DNA from: Bdellovibrionales bacterium
GTDB lineage: Bacteria; Bdellovibrionota; Bdellovibrionia; Bdellovibrionales; Bdellovibrionaceae
Direction of reading: 5' to 3'
Length of the DNA stretch: 48,880 nucleotides
Assembly (NCBI GenBank): GCA_031370005.1
Contig: JANMPT010000060.1
Coordinates: 1 to 48,880 of the forward strand
Made by a program: the position numbers and the translations under genes. Numbering within the stretch: position 1 is the first letter of the stretch; the number at the start of each line of letters is the position of its first letter. This document shows, one piece after another, positions 27,671 through 38,591 of the stretch. Below the pieces are notes generated by a model. It had not been told where the DNA came from. It did no database searches and worked only from the letters and a program-made list of their open reading frames with translations.

Positions 27671-29176
27671 ATGCAGAAGCCCTTTAACAAGATTCTCATT
27701 GCGAACCGAGGGGAAATTGCGATTCGTATTATTCGCGCTTGCCGCGAACTAGGAATCACTTCAGTTGCCGTTTTTAGCGATGCCGATCGTAGTAGTCTGC
27801 ATGTCTTCTTGGCGGATGAGGCCTATCACATCGGCCCCTCGCCCTCTAAAGAAAGTTATTTAAACTACAGAAAAATCTTAGAAGTTGCAAAAACAGCGGG
27901 GGCCGACGCTGTTCATCCCGGCTATGGATTTTTATCAGAAAACACCACTTTTGCAAAAGCCTGTCTGGACGCTGAAATCAATTTTATTGGCCCCACCCCT
28001 GAAAACATAGATGCCATGGGGGATAAAATATCCTCAAAGCTTTTAATGAAAACAGCCGGCGTACCAATTGTTCCTGGCAGCGATGGCGGAGTTGACTCTG
28101 TTGAAGAGGCCATCTCCATCGCTGAAAAAATTGGCCTTCCCATCATTATCAAGGCAACCGCCGGTGGTGGCGGAAAAGGGATGCGTGTCGTCCGTAAGAT
28201 GGAAGAGCTTGAAAGCGCCTTTCGCGCCTGCCGCTCTGAGGGGCAGAACTACTTCGCAAACCCAACCGTTTATATTGAAAAATTCATTAACGATCCGAAG
28301 CATATTGAAATTCAGGTCTTTGGCGATAAACACAACAACCATGTTCATTTATTTGAACGGGAATGCTCAGTACAGCGCCGAAATCAAAAAATTATCGAAG
28401 AGTGTCCGTCCCCCTCTGTACCAAATGACGTTCGCCTAAAAATGGGTGCCGCCGCTGTCCGCGCAGCAAAGCAAATCAACTATATTGGCGCAGGTACTAT
28501 CGAATTCATTTTCGATAATAAAACCAAAGAATTCTATTTTATGGAAATGAATACTCGACTTCAGGTCGAGCATCCAATTACCGAGATCGTGACTGGTTAC
28601 GATCTCGTCAAAGAGCAAATTTTTGTGGCCGCTGGCCGTCCTCTCAGCTTTAAGCAGGAAGACATTAAGCAAAAAGGTCACGCCATTGAAGCTCGCATTT
28701 GTGCTGAGGATCCGGTGACGTATAAACCAAGCCCTGGTGTGATCCGTGCCTGTCGTCACCCTCAAGGACCATTCCTGCGGGTGGACTCCTATGCCTATCC
28801 TGGCTATGAAGTGCCTATTTATTACGACCCAATGATAGCCAAGGTAATCACCTTTGGGGAAACGCGAACCGAGGCTATTGATCGTATGCAAAGAGCTCTC
28901 ACTGAATTCGTTTTAACAGGAATTAAAACAAATATTGTTCTGCATAAAACGATCTTGGACCATCCAAAATTTCGTGATGGCTCTTATACCACTCAGTTCA
29001 TTGAAAAAAACTTTGAGGTCATTGAGCCGTTGATGTTTAAAGAGATCGAAGATCCGATGTTTTTGATAGCTGCCGCTATTACTGCCTACAACGATCGTAA
29101 AAACAAAGATGTTCGCCAGCTTAACCTCACTTCCAACTGGAAGCGAACAGGCCGCAAACTTCAATTAAGGACGTAG
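27671..29176 (+). CDS. Biotin carboxylase subunit (AccC / PccA N-terminal part)
   Basis: KILIANRGEIA, HPGYGFLSEN, GGGGKGMR, ERECSVQRR, EMNTRLQVEHP. Confidence 0.93.
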   Translation: MQKPFNKILIANRGEIAIRIIRACRELGITSVAVFSDADRSSLHVFLADEAYHIGPSPSKESYLNYRKILEVAKTAGADAVHPGYGFLSENTTFAKACLDAEINFIGPTPENIDAMGDKISSKLLMKTAGVPIVPGSDGGVDSVEEAISIAEKIGLPIIIKATAGGGGKGMRVVRKMEELESAFRACRSEGQNYFANPTVYIEKFINDPKHIEIQVFGDKHNNHVHLFERECSVQRRNQKIIEECPSPSVPNDVRLKMGAAAVRAAKQINYIGAGTIEFIFDNKTKEFYFMEMNTRLQVEHPITEIVTGYDLVKEQIFVAAGRPLSFKQEDIKQKGHAIEARICAEDPVTYKPSPGVIRACRHPQGPFLRVDSYAYPGYEVPIYYDPMIAKVITFGETRTEAIDRMQRALTEFVLTGIKTNIVLHKTILDHPKFRDGSYTTQFIEKNFEVIEPLMFKEIEDPMFLIAAAITAYNDRKNKDVRQLNLTSNWKRTGRKLQLRT

Positions 29177-29179
29177 TTT

Positions 29180-29710
29180 ATGTATTTCGAAGCTGAACTC
29201 CAAGGTCGTAAGTACAAAATTGATGTAACTGAGCAGAAAACCAGCTGGAAAATCTCTCTTCAGGAGGAGAGTAACGACTGGGTTCATTATGATATTTCGA
29301 AAAATGATTACAAGTCTGCAGAAGAATATGTGAGTTTTCTTTTTGAAGGAAAGTCCTATCTAATCGATGCTATTGGGCAGGACACCGAGTACATTGTGTT
29401 CACCCGCAACTCATTTCGCACCATTAAAATTTTTAATGATGAGATGCTTCTACATGAATCATTGAAAAAGGGTGGGGGTTTCGGTGAAAATGAGGAGCTT
29501 GCGGCTGGGATGCCCGGCAAAGTGATCGAAATCTTCGTTAAAACTGGTGACATTGTAAAGGCAAATAAACCTTTGCTGATTATGGAAGCCATGAAAATGG
29601 AAAATGAGATGCGTGCCTCTCGTGATGTGAAAATAAAAGAAATCCTCGTTAAACAAGGCGATAGCGTTGAAACGGGCGCTGTAATGATTAAATTTGAAGA
29701 TGTTACTTAG
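29180..29710 (+). CDS. Biotin carboxyl carrier protein
   Basis: MPGKV, EAMKMENE biotinylation motif. Confidence 0.93.
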   Translation: MYFEAELQGRKYKIDVTEQKTSWKISLQEESNDWVHYDISKNDYKSAEEYVSFLFEGKSYLIDAIGQDTEYIVFTRNSFRTIKIFNDEMLLHESLKKGGGFGENEELAAGMPGKVIEIFVKTGDIVKANKPLLIMEAMKMENEMRASRDVKIKEILVKQGDSVETGAVMIKFEDVT

Positions 29711-29713
29711 TAG

Positions 29714-30478
29714 CTATTCTCGCATATTGACATCGGCCAAGTTGTTTTTCTTTTCAAAAACACCCACGAAAAACACTGCGATCTCATAGAGTATGAGCAT
29801 TGGAACAAACATCATAATCATACTGAGAAGATCTGGAGGAGTAATAATTGCAGAAAGTGTCGCCAAAGCCATAACGGCATAGCGACGTTTTTCCTTTAAA
29901 AACTTCTGACTAACAATGCCTAACATACCAAGAACTGTAAGAACTAGTGGCAACTCAAAAGAAACGCCAAACATCAGACACATCTGAGTAAAAAAACCCA
30001 GATAGTGATCAATCGTGATCATTGGTTTGTCCACATCTCCGCCATAAGTCATGAGAAATTTAAATGCCATTGGCAAAACCACAAAATAGGAAAAACTAAC
30101 TCCCAACAAAAACAACAGCGTCCCTACTATAATAAACCCAACACCGTATTTTCGCTCTTTGCGATAGAGTCCGGGCGCTACAAAAAGCCAAATTTGATAT
30201 AGCCAAAACGGACAAGAAATAATCACTCCGCAAACAACTGAAATTTTTAAATGGGCGACGAACTTATCCATTGGTGCTGTATAGACCAAACCACCGTTGG
30301 TCAGATAGGCTGCGATAGGTTTACGAATAACGTTAAAAATCGTTTCACTAAAGCCATAGCTAATTGCTGTCGCCGCAAACAGTGCATATGCACAAAATAT
30401 GATGCGCGTCCTGAGCTCCCCAAGATGCTCAATAAGTGTTTGATGAGATTCATCCATTTGCTCTTTTGTCTCGATCAT
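29714..30478 (-). CDS. tatC: Twin-arginine translocase subunit TatC
   Basis: LIEHLGELRTR, YQIWLFVAPGLY, FELP, IITPPD. Confidence 0.96.
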   Translation of the reverse strand: MIETKEQMDESHQTLIEHLGELRTRIIFCAYALFAATAISYGFSETIFNVIRKPIAAYLTNGGLVYTAPMDKFVAHLKISVVCGVIISCPFWLYQIWLFVAPGLYRKERKYGVGFIIVGTLLFLLGVSFSYFVVLPMAFKFLMTYGGDVDKPMITIDHYLGFFTQMCLMFGVSFELPLVLTVLGMLGIVSQKFLKEKRRYAVMALATLSAIITPPDLLSMIMMFVPMLILYEIAVFFVGVFEKKNNLADVNMRE

Positions 30479-30717
30479 GATTTTTTCGCTTCGGGATCTT
30501 CAGATTGTTCTTTTGGCGTAGGTTTTGATTCATCAAGATGAATTGGATCAATCTTTACCTGTTCACGAAGTTCGTCCGTCAAAGAGCTTGAGGCCCTGCG
30601 AAGTTCATTCAGCATGCGGCCCAAAGTTCTCGCAACTGCGGGCAGTTGCTTTGGGCCGATCACTACCAAGGCTAAAACCGCCAAAAAAATTATTTCAGAT
30701 AAACTCAAACCCAGCAT
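30475..30717 (-). CDS. tatB: Twin-arginine translocase subunit, TatB-like
   Basis: SEIIFLAVLALVVIGPKQLP (E and GP typical of TatB) plus amphipathic helix; coupled to tatC. Confidence 0.8.
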   Translation of the reverse strand: MLGLSLSEIIFLAVLALVVIGPKQLPAVARTLGRMLNELRRASSSLTDELREQVKIDPIHLDESKPTPKEQSEDPEAKKS

Positions 30718-30724
30718 GCGTTTA

Positions 30725-30753
30725 ATTATAGCGAAATGGCTCTATACAGTCAC
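30725..30753 (-). promoter_or_regulatory. sigma70 promoter, predicted leaderless tatBC transcript
   Basis: Minus strand GTGACT-N17-TATAAT-N7-ATG(30717); no SD. Confidence 0.65.
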
Positions 30754-30757
30754 GCGA

Positions 30758-31402
30758 TTAATACTGGCGACCACGCTTGGTCTGCTCTTGGGCCACGGCC
30801 AAAACACCCATTTCAGTCAATTTCTCTCGTGCAAGTTCCGATCCGGTTGTCATATAACGATCATAAAGCCGAAGAACACTTTCATTACTTTTTATTAGTG
30901 AGCTGTGGCTGATATAGGTCAGGACGTCCACAAAATCTATAAAGCGCTTTGATATTGTTGAGTAAACTTTGGCCGTGGTGTCTTCGCGAACGCAGGACGC
31001 CAACGTCGCATAGGCAACGCCCCCCATATTCACATAGTAATCCAGATCCACAATTTTGCGTTGTAGCGAATCGCCAAAAAAGCCGCTCATATACAAAGAC
31101 CGATCGCCTAGTTTTTTTAAAAGCTCTACTTTGACCGACTGATCATCGGCATTGCTTGCGCATAGATACATCTCGGCTAAGGTTTTAGGAATTTTTCGGC
31201 CTGACTCGTCATAGTCAGGATCAAAAAGATTCTTGGCGTCCAGGTAGTGCTGAAGAAGCTCGACTAAATAGGTTTCAACATAGGGATAAGTTTCTATCTT
31301 TCTTTGGGCAAAACCCTGCCGCACAAGATCTTTAAAAAAATCTTCTGGGGATATAAATAAACCCGTATCAGCAATTTGTGACTTCGACTCATTTTGAGAC
31401 AA
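30758..31402 (-). CDS. Conserved hypothetical protein
   Basis: 214-aa ORF with SD GAGGGTG and its own promoter; LKKLGDRSLYMSGFF...YYVNMG looks like a conserved block. Confidence 0.75.
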   Translation of the reverse strand: MSQNESKSQIADTGLFISPEDFFKDLVRQGFAQRKIETYPYVETYLVELLQHYLDAKNLFDPDYDESGRKIPKTLAEMYLCASNADDQSVKVELLKKLGDRSLYMSGFFGDSLQRKIVDLDYYVNMGGVAYATLASCVREDTTAKVYSTISKRFIDFVDVLTYISHSSLIKSNESVLRLYDRYMTTGSELAREKLTEMGVLAVAQEQTKRGRQY

Positions 31403-31420
31403 ACTACACCCTCTAGTATT

Positions 31421-31449
31421 ATTATATCAGATTCTTTTGCGACTGTCTA
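31421..31449 (-). promoter_or_regulatory. sigma70 promoter
   Basis: Minus strand TAGACA-N17-TATAAT with extended TG. Confidence 0.65.
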
Positions 31450-31477
31450 AAATCTCGGTTCATATCTGACCAAGGGC

Positions 31478-34078
31478 TTAGAATGGGTTTTGTGGTCCCA
31501 CCACGCTAATAACAAAGTGCTGTTTAAAAAGCTTTTCCGCCAAAGCCTGCAAATCAGCGGCTTTCACCGCGAAATACTTGTCAGCCACATCAAGGCCCTC
31601 GCGTGGGTCTAAGCCATAAATGCTGTCAAATAGGATGCTGTTGCTGATTGCGCTCTTCCTTTGTAAATCAATATCATGACGGCCTACGAGGTATCTCTGG
31701 GCTCTGAGGATCTCCGGCTCCGGAACTCTTGTATCTATCAATTTTTTAAACTCGCTTTTTAACATCGAAATAGATTTTTTTACCTTTTCCGGCGAGCAAC
31801 CAATATAGGCTCCAAAATAGCCCGTATCAATGCCTTCCATTCTCATTGGCGCCACTGAGTATGCTAAAGAATTCTTATCGCGAAGCTCAAGAAAGAGCCG
31901 CCCCCCTTGACCTGAAAGAATCGATTGAATCACTTCCAATGTAAAAAGCTCATCGTCCGCAAGGGCAAGACCCCGAACTCCCATAATCACATGGCTCTGT
32001 TCTTTTTTAGACTCTTGATAAAGATAATGCTCTTGTGTAATCGGATTTAACTTGAAGGTCCTCTCAAACTTCTCACCCTTGGGAAGCTGACTTGCCAACG
32101 CTTTTATTTTTTCTAACCAGAATTCTTTATCAAAATCTCCTACGACTGAAATAGTAAAATTGCGCGCAGTTATTATTTTTCCATAATATGAAAGAAGCTC
32201 TTTGATCTGAACTCCCTCAATACTTTCTTGAGTGCCCATCATATCTCGCGCATAAGGGTGGCCCTCAAAGAGAGTCTTCATAAATTGTAAAATTGCGATT
32301 TGCGATGGGTTGTCGTTACGCGACTTAATCTGATTCTTTATAATAAGCTTTTCTCTTTCCAAAATATCCTTTGGAAAAATTGGCGCCATAAGAATGTCTT
32401 CAAAAACCTCAAACATTTTTTCTTCATAGACCGAAAGATAATCTAAACTAAGCCCTACTGAATTTCGTCCAGAGAATGCACCAAGTCCAGCGGCCATTTC
32501 GTCAATTTTTTGATTAAGTTCACTCTCATTGAACTTCTTGCCGCCTCCAGTCCACACGCGAGAAAACAACTCTGTCAGACCCGGCTGCGTCTCGGGTTCA
32601 GCTCTCAAGCCCCCCAAGAAGCCAGCCCTCACGGAAACCGTAGGCGTTTCCTTTTGTAATTTCAATAAAACAGTAACTCCTGGCGCAATTAAAAGCTCTT
32701 CAACGTCCGTTGCAGAACCGCCGCTGCTCTTAAGAGAAAGCCTCTGTGATTTATATTTGACTGGTTTAACTCGCACTGCTGGCTTCGCCTTTAAAGAGGC
32801 CTTGAGCTCTTTGCCAAACTGCTGACAAATTTTCTGGATTTTTGCTCTGTCCTTTTTGCTGAGCACACAAATGCTCACGCTATTGGCGTTAAAATACTTT
32901 TTTGCAACGCGGGAAATATCAGCTGGGGTTAAGGCATAAATTTGCTTGAGATATTTTTTAAAATACTCGTGATCTCCCATGTAAAACTCAAGCGCGCCTG
33001 CTTTACGGGCAATTCCGTCTACAGTTTCTAAAGAATAAATCTGCTCACTTGCAAGATTTGTGACGGCCTTTTGCATTTCGGCAACCGACGGCGGCTCATT
33101 GACGATTTTAGTAATATGCTCTCTGATTTTTGCTAAGGACTCCTGTAGGTTCTCTACATCAAGCCCCATAGAAATGGCCAAAACCCCGGCATCTTGTGGC
33201 ATAAAAGCATAGGAACCGATTGAGTTCGTCAATGGCTTTTCAAGACGTAATGACTGCATCAGGCGGGAGCTATCCCCTTGTCCTAGAATTAGACTAAGTA
33301 CTTCAAGTGCAGGCGCATCCTTGTGCTTCACATTTGGCGCGCGCCAGGCAAGATATGCGACAGTTTGTTCAAAGCTGGATTTCTCAACTTTGACTTGCAT
33401 TTTTTTTATTGGTTTAACCTTCGCGCGCGTCGACTTGCGCAACTTGTAGTCCTGAAAGTCGCCAAAATATTTTTGCACTTTCTGCTTCATTTCTGTTGAG
33501 TCGAAATCACCTGCAATAACAAGGAACATGTTGCGTGGAACATAGCGCGAATGGAAAAAATCTGAAATTTTCTTCGCTAAAAACTTGTGTATATTTTTCT
33601 CATAACCAATCACAGGGATAGCATAAGGGTGGCCCTTGAATACACTCGAAAACATCATTTGGCTACCCGCGCGGCTCAAGCTGTCTTGGCCACGCTTGAT
33701 CTCTTCGATAACAACCCCTCGCTCGTTATCAATTTCTTGCGCATCAAAAGTTGGAAAGCCCATCATTTCACTGATAACATCTAGGCCAACATCTGCAAAC
33801 TGCTTGGAAATCGTAACGTAAAAAACAGTTTGATCAAACGACGTATAGGCATTGAGCTCTCCTCCGGAGGCCTCTACTAAAGAGGCTATTTCGCCTACTT
33901 TGAATTTACGAGTTCCCTTAAAGACCAGATGTTCAATAAAATGACTGATGCCCTCTTCAGTCTTTTTTTCATCCGCACTGCCTGTTTTGACCCACATTTG
34001 CACTGAAATGACGGGGGATTTATGAGATTCTAGCAAAAGAACTTTAAGACCGTTTTTTAGTTGAAATTTTTTAGACAT
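31478..34078 (-). CDS. M16 (pitrilysin/insulinase) zinc peptidase, two fused halves
   Basis: GISHFIEHLVFKGT (HxxEH), NAYTSFDQT; second half lacks HxxEH and carries RLFLELRDKNSLAY. Confidence 0.93.
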   Translation of the reverse strand: MSKKFQLKNGLKVLLLESHKSPVISVQMWVKTGSADEKKTEEGISHFIEHLVFKGTRKFKVGEIASLVEASGGELNAYTSFDQTVFYVTISKQFADVGLDVISEMMGFPTFDAQEIDNERGVVIEEIKRGQDSLSRAGSQMMFSSVFKGHPYAIPVIGYEKNIHKFLAKKISDFFHSRYVPRNMFLVIAGDFDSTEMKQKVQKYFGDFQDYKLRKSTRAKVKPIKKMQVKVEKSSFEQTVAYLAWRAPNVKHKDAPALEVLSLILGQGDSSRLMQSLRLEKPLTNSIGSYAFMPQDAGVLAISMGLDVENLQESLAKIREHITKIVNEPPSVAEMQKAVTNLASEQIYSLETVDGIARKAGALEFYMGDHEYFKKYLKQIYALTPADISRVAKKYFNANSVSICVLSKKDRAKIQKICQQFGKELKASLKAKPAVRVKPVKYKSQRLSLKSSGGSATDVEELLIAPGVTVLLKLQKETPTVSVRAGFLGGLRAEPETQPGLTELFSRVWTGGGKKFNESELNQKIDEMAAGLGAFSGRNSVGLSLDYLSVYEEKMFEVFEDILMAPIFPKDILEREKLIIKNQIKSRNDNPSQIAILQFMKTLFEGHPYARDMMGTQESIEGVQIKELLSYYGKIITARNFTISVVGDFDKEFWLEKIKALASQLPKGEKFERTFKLNPITQEHYLYQESKKEQSHVIMGVRGLALADDELFTLEVIQSILSGQGGRLFLELRDKNSLAYSVAPMRMEGIDTGYFGAYIGCSPEKVKKSISMLKSEFKKLIDTRVPEPEILRAQRYLVGRHDIDLQRKSAISNSILFDSIYGLDPREGLDVADKYFAVKAADLQALAEKLFKQHFVISVVGPQNPF

Positions 34079-34096
34079 GCTCTAAGTAATGCTCCT

Positions 34097-35272
34097 ATGA
34101 GTTTTGGAATTTATGTTCACATTCCTTATTGTATTCAGCGTTGCACATATTGCGATTTTGCGACCTATGAGCAATTCAAAATTCTTCCGCCTGAAAAATA
34201 CGTCTCACTTCTCTTTGAAGAGATTCGTCAAAAAAGTGGTTATTACCCAGCCCGTACCCTCGACACTCTTTACTTTGGCGGTGGCACACCAAGCCTTGTT
34301 CCTTCAGAGCTTATTGTAGCTATTATTCATGAACTCGCAAAGCACGGCTTTACTACTGGACCACAGACAGAAATCACCATCGAGATCAACCCGGCCACAG
34401 TGGATGAAAAAAAACTTGCCATGTATCTTAGCGCCGGCGTCAATCGGTTCAGTGTCGGCGCTCAGACTTTTGATGACCGCCTTTTAAAGATGGTCCATCG
34501 TGAGCACAACGCTCAGCAAACTTTAGACACCTTGGCGCTCTTACGTTATCATAAGCTTAACTTTAGTTTTGATATTCTCTTCGCTCTTCCCTCGCAAAGT
34601 CTCGAGGGGCTTAAGCGCGACGTAGATATCGCCCTTGACCAAGGTGCCAAGCATATTAGCACCTATTGCTTGACAATTCCAGAGGGTCATCCTCTCTCAA
34701 AAGGACGACCTATTGAGGATGACCAAATCGCAATGTTTGAGTTTATTTCGGAAAGCTTACAGTCCCGTGGTTTTTTTCAATATGAAATCTCGAACTTTAG
34801 TACTCCAGGATATGAGTCTCGACATAATATTTTGTATTGGGCAGATGAGGAGTATTGGGGTCTGGGTCTGAGCGCCCATTCCTACTCAAAACACAGCCCC
34901 TGGGGGCTTCGCTATTGGAATCTCTCAAATATCAACGAATATGAACGGCAAATTTTAGCCTCGACCGGCAAGCGCTATCTCAGACCAGCTGACCACTTAC
35001 CAGAATCTCAACTTGAAAACCTCGCCAAGCACCAGTCTTTAACTGATTTTTGCCACACCTCTCTGCGCATGCTCAAAGGCTTGAGCTATCAAAAGCTATC
35101 CACTAAGTTTTCCACAGAAAGCGCAGAAAAAGTTCTTAATATCCTGCAGCGTTTGCAAGCTCATAACTGGCTTAAAATCAATGCCGACGGTCATTGGTCT
35201 ATGACCAATGAGGGCCTTTTAATCAGTAATCAAATCTTTGAGCAGCTGACCTTTTTAGAGGATGAGATTTAA
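34097..35272 (+). CDS. hemW: Radical SAM heme chaperone HemW (HemN-like)
   Basis: IYVHIPYCIQRCTYCDF, YFGGGTPS, YEISNF, HNILYW; ATG at 34097. Confidence 0.9.
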   Translation: MSFGIYVHIPYCIQRCTYCDFATYEQFKILPPEKYVSLLFEEIRQKSGYYPARTLDTLYFGGGTPSLVPSELIVAIIHELAKHGFTTGPQTEITIEINPATVDEKKLAMYLSAGVNRFSVGAQTFDDRLLKMVHREHNAQQTLDTLALLRYHKLNFSFDILFALPSQSLEGLKRDVDIALDQGAKHISTYCLTIPEGHPLSKGRPIEDDQIAMFEFISESLQSRGFFQYEISNFSTPGYESRHNILYWADEEYWGLGLSAHSYSKHSPWGLRYWNLSNINEYERQILASTGKRYLRPADHLPESQLENLAKHQSLTDFCHTSLRMLKGLSYQKLSTKFSTESAEKVLNILQRLQAHNWLKINADGHWSMTNEGLLISNQIFEQLTFLEDEI

Positions 35273-35341
35273 GCCTGTCGCATTGACTTTTCTAAGTGAG
35301 TGCACAATCTTGGTTTGGTATATACAGAAAAGGAGACTCTT

Positions 35342-35866
35342 GTGTCAGATCAAAATCCGACAGATCAAAATGGCAAGGCCCCCGAGGATCAAGCCTCTTT
35401 TGATGTGTCTTCTGAGGTAAAAAAGCTTCAGGAACAAACTGAAAAGTTTAAAAACGATTATCTCTACTTGCGGGCGGAGTTTGAAAACTACAAGCGCAAT
35501 GCAATTAAAGAACGCTCGGACGCTATAAAATATGGTTCGGAACGCATCGTCAATGATATACTGGAAGTTGCTGATAACTTTGAGCGCGCCCTACAGACTA
35601 AAGTAACACCTGAAACTTTGAATACCTATATTCAAGGCATAGAAATGACCTCCAGTGAGCTGAAGGCCGTTTTGCAGCGCAATGGCGTATCAGAAGTAAA
35701 GTGCGAAGGTATTCCTTTTGATCCAAACTATATGGAGGCCTTGAATTCAGAGTCCACAAATGAAATTCCTCCTGGTCATGTGGCTCGGGTTTTTAAAAAG
35801 GCCTACAAACTTCACAATAAAGTGATTCGACCTGCGCAGGTTGTTGTGGCAAAAAAGCCTGAATAA
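35342..35866 (+). CDS. grpE: Nucleotide exchange factor GrpE
   Basis: YLRAEFENYKR, DNFERA, FDPN, IRPAQVVV; SD AGGAG before GTG 35342. Confidence 0.95.
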   Translation: MSDQNPTDQNGKAPEDQASFDVSSEVKKLQEQTEKFKNDYLYLRAEFENYKRNAIKERSDAIKYGSERIVNDILEVADNFERALQTKVTPETLNTYIQGIEMTSSELKAVLQRNGVSEVKCEGIPFDPNYMEALNSESTNEIPPGHVARVFKKAYKLHNKVIRPAQVVVAKKPE

Positions 35867-35880
35867 ATAGGAGCTGATTT

Positions 35881-36858
35881 TTGTCTAAAAAGGATTACTA
35901 CTCTCTTTTAAATGTGCCTCGTTCGGCGACTGCGGAAGAAATTAAAAAAGCCTACCGCAAGCTTGCTATGCAGTATCATCCTGACAAAAATCCTGACAAC
36001 AAAAAGGCTGAGGAAAAATTTAAAGAATTTTCTGAGGCTTACGAAGTTTTGAGCGACCCAAAAAAACGCGAGATGTACGATCAGTTTGGTCATGCCGGCA
36101 CCCAAGGCGGCTTCAATGGCGCAAATGGCCCTTTTAGCGGCGCAAGTAGTGGCGGCCCAGGACAAGATCCCTTTCAAGATATTTTTGGTGACGTTTTCAG
36201 CGAAATTTTTGGTGCTCGTGGACATGGTCCTGGAGCTGGGCCAGGTAGCCATCGTCGACGACCTGCCAAAGGGTCTGATCTTCGTTACACTTTAAATATT
36301 TCTTTTGAGGAACTCGCTCTTGGCACTGAAAAAGTTATTAGCTTTGTTCGTCAGCGCGGTGGCAAGGATGAAACAGCAAAACTCTCGGTCAATGTTCCCG
36401 CTGGAGTTAAAGAGGATCAGCGCCTAAAGCTTGCCGGCGAAGGTGATATCTCATTGGGGGGCGGCCCTCCGGGTGACCTATATGTTATTATCAAAGCGCA
36501 AGACCACCCCTTATTCAAAAGACAAGACAATGACATTATTATGGATCTTCCGGTCACTTACACAGATGCGATTCTTGGAACCTCTGTTGAAATTCCGACT
36601 CTGTCTGGAAAGGCCGTGATTCGAATCCCTCCAGGAACTCATACGGGTCAAACCTTTCGCCTCAAAGGCAAAGGCTTTCCGAAAGTTGGCGGTTTTGGCT
36701 CCGGAGATATGCTGGCCCGTCTAATTGTAGACACGCCAGAAAAAATTGGCGCTCGCCAAAAAGAATTACTTGAAGAGCTCTCCAAATCAGACGAAGAAAC
36801 GCCGTTAGTAAAGGTCTTTAAAGAACGGGCGGCAAACATTATGAGGAATAAAAAGTGA
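35881..36858 (+). CDS. Class II J-domain protein (DnaJ/CbpA-like, no zinc finger)
   Basis: DYY, HPD motif, G/F-rich region, GDLYV, IPPGT; no CxxCxGxG repeats. Confidence 0.9.
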   Translation: MSKKDYYSLLNVPRSATAEEIKKAYRKLAMQYHPDKNPDNKKAEEKFKEFSEAYEVLSDPKKREMYDQFGHAGTQGGFNGANGPFSGASSGGPGQDPFQDIFGDVFSEIFGARGHGPGAGPGSHRRRPAKGSDLRYTLNISFEELALGTEKVISFVRQRGGKDETAKLSVNVPAGVKEDQRLKLAGEGDISLGGGPPGDLYVIIKAQDHPLFKRQDNDIIMDLPVTYTDAILGTSVEIPTLSGKAVIRIPPGTHTGQTFRLKGKGFPKVGGFGSGDMLARLIVDTPEKIGARQKELLEELSKSDEETPLVKVFKERAANIMRNKK

Positions 36859-38531
36859 GAAATGGACTCTTAGCTCTCTCTATTCTTGCAATGATCTCCT
36901 GTGCTAACATCAAAACAAAAAGACCCGAGCTACGCGAAGCTCGCCCTCTACCCCAAAAAGTCGGACGGCACGCTGTTAGCAAACAAGTTGGTGGGATGGG
37001 CCAACCCCTTCCGCCACAAGTTAAAGCTAACTTTTTAAAAGTCCGTGAGCTTGAGGCTGCTGGCGACTACTTGCAGGCCCTGAAGGAAAGTGTAAACTTC
37101 TCAGTCACGGCAAACCGGCCCGAAGAGCAAGAGTCATTCCGCTTAAAAAGCATCGAGCTTGTCGAGGGAAAACTCAGCCAAGACCAACTTGAAAAAGTAG
37201 CGCGCGATTCTGATTTTGGCTTTGTCCGCGGGTATGCTCTTTTCCGCCTCGGCGAATCCGCTCTTGACGATCGCGATAAAGACCGTGCGCGAAAATATTT
37301 CTCAAGCGTTGGTGACTTTCTGCCAGGCAGCGATTTGGCTCTTCGTGCTCAAGAAATTTTATCACAACTTGAAAGCACTAAATTTGTTGAATCAAAAACC
37401 GTTGGCGTAGTCCTTCCGCTCACGGGAAAGGCCGCCTCCGTAGGGCAAAAAGCTCTTCGCGGGGTTGAAATGGGTCTGGGTCTTGATAACCCAGGTTCAG
37501 GCTTCCGCTTGGCTGTCATGGATAGCGAAGGAAATCCCGACAACGCTCGCCGTGGAGTTGAGCGCCTGGTAAAAGAAGACAATGCAATTGCGATAATTGG
37601 AAGCCTTCTAAGTAAAACCGCACCCGCTGTCTCAGCTAAAGCCGATGAGCTCGGCGTACCCACAATCGGCTTATCACAAAAATCCGGCCTCACTGAGCTG
37701 GGCACAAGCGTTTTCAGAAATGCACTTACAAGTGAAATGCAGGTCCAATACTTGGTTCGTACCGCCATGGAAGACTATGGCATGAAGCGCTTTGCTATCA
37801 TTTATCCGAACGATCCCTACGGTATTGAGTATACAAATTTATTTTGGGATGCCGTTCTGGCCCGCGGAGGAACGGTAACCGCTGTACAGACCTACAACCC
37901 AAAAGAGACTGACTTCCGCTTCCCGGTTCAGCGCCTTGTGGGCACTTACTATATTGAAGCCCGCACTGATGAATACAAAGCGCGTATAAAGCAAAACGCT
38001 GCTTCTGATAAAAAGAAGTCTGTTCGAACCTCCCATGAGGAAGATATACTGCCTCCGATTATAGACTTCGATGCAGTCTTTATTCCTGACAGCGCCAAAT
38101 CAATGGGCCAAATTGCGGCCTTTTTATCGTTTTCAAATATTAAAGGTGTGCGGCTTTTGGGAACCAATCTATGGAACACACCTGGCCTTGCAAAGCGCGC
38201 TGGCAATTTTGCAAACAGTCTTATTTTTGTAGACAGCTTCCTGCCGAGCACAGCAACACGCTCTCGCTTTGTCCAGGATTACAAAGCACTCTATAGCGAA
38301 GAGCCTTCCTTAATTGAAATACAAGCATATGACTCTGCTTTAATTTTACGCCAGCTCATTGCACAGGGTGCCGCCACACGTGAGTCTTTGACTCGTGAAT
38401 TAACTTCTTTGAAAAAATTTCCAGGGGCTCTCGGACCTCTAAATATGAGCCCGGATCGCGAAATCCAGCGGCCGCTTATAGCTCTTACCCTTGAAAAAGG
38501 CGATATTGTTCCTTTAAAAATTCAAAAATAG
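36855..38531 (+). CDS. LpoA/LppC-like lipoprotein (TPR-like N-terminus plus periplasmic-binding-protein fold)
   Basis: Lipobox [32 protein letters not shown]. Confidence 0.75.
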   Translation: MRNGLLALSILAMISCANIKTKRPELREARPLPQKVGRHAVSKQVGGMGQPLPPQVKANFLKVRELEAAGDYLQALKESVNFSVTANRPEEQESFRLKSIELVEGKLSQDQLEKVARDSDFGFVRGYALFRLGESALDDRDKDRARKYFSSVGDFLPGSDLALRAQEILSQLESTKFVESKTVGVVLPLTGKAASVGQKALRGVEMGLGLDNPGSGFRLAVMDSEGNPDNARRGVERLVKEDNAIAIIGSLLSKTAPAVSAKADELGVPTIGLSQKSGLTELGTSVFRNALTSEMQVQYLVRTAMEDYGMKRFAIIYPNDPYGIEYTNLFWDAVLARGGTVTAVQTYNPKETDFRFPVQRLVGTYYIEARTDEYKARIKQNAASDKKKSVRTSHEEDILPPIIDFDAVFIPDSAKSMGQIAAFLSFSNIKGVRLLGTNLWNTPGLAKRAGNFANSLIFVDSFLPSTATRSRFVQDYKALYSEEPSLIEIQAYDSALILRQLIAQGAATRESLTRELTSLKKFPGALGPLNMSPDREIQRPLIALTLEKGDIVPLKIQK

Positions 38532-38591
38532 CAGGCTGCTCTAACCGACTTCTTTGGGTCTTCTGTCTTAGACCTTAACGGGGAGGGTCTT

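Noticed and set aside
35280..35310. GAGTGCACA upstream of grpE as a CIRCE right arm
   Set aside because: It mismatches the consensus and has no matching left arm 9 nt upstream.
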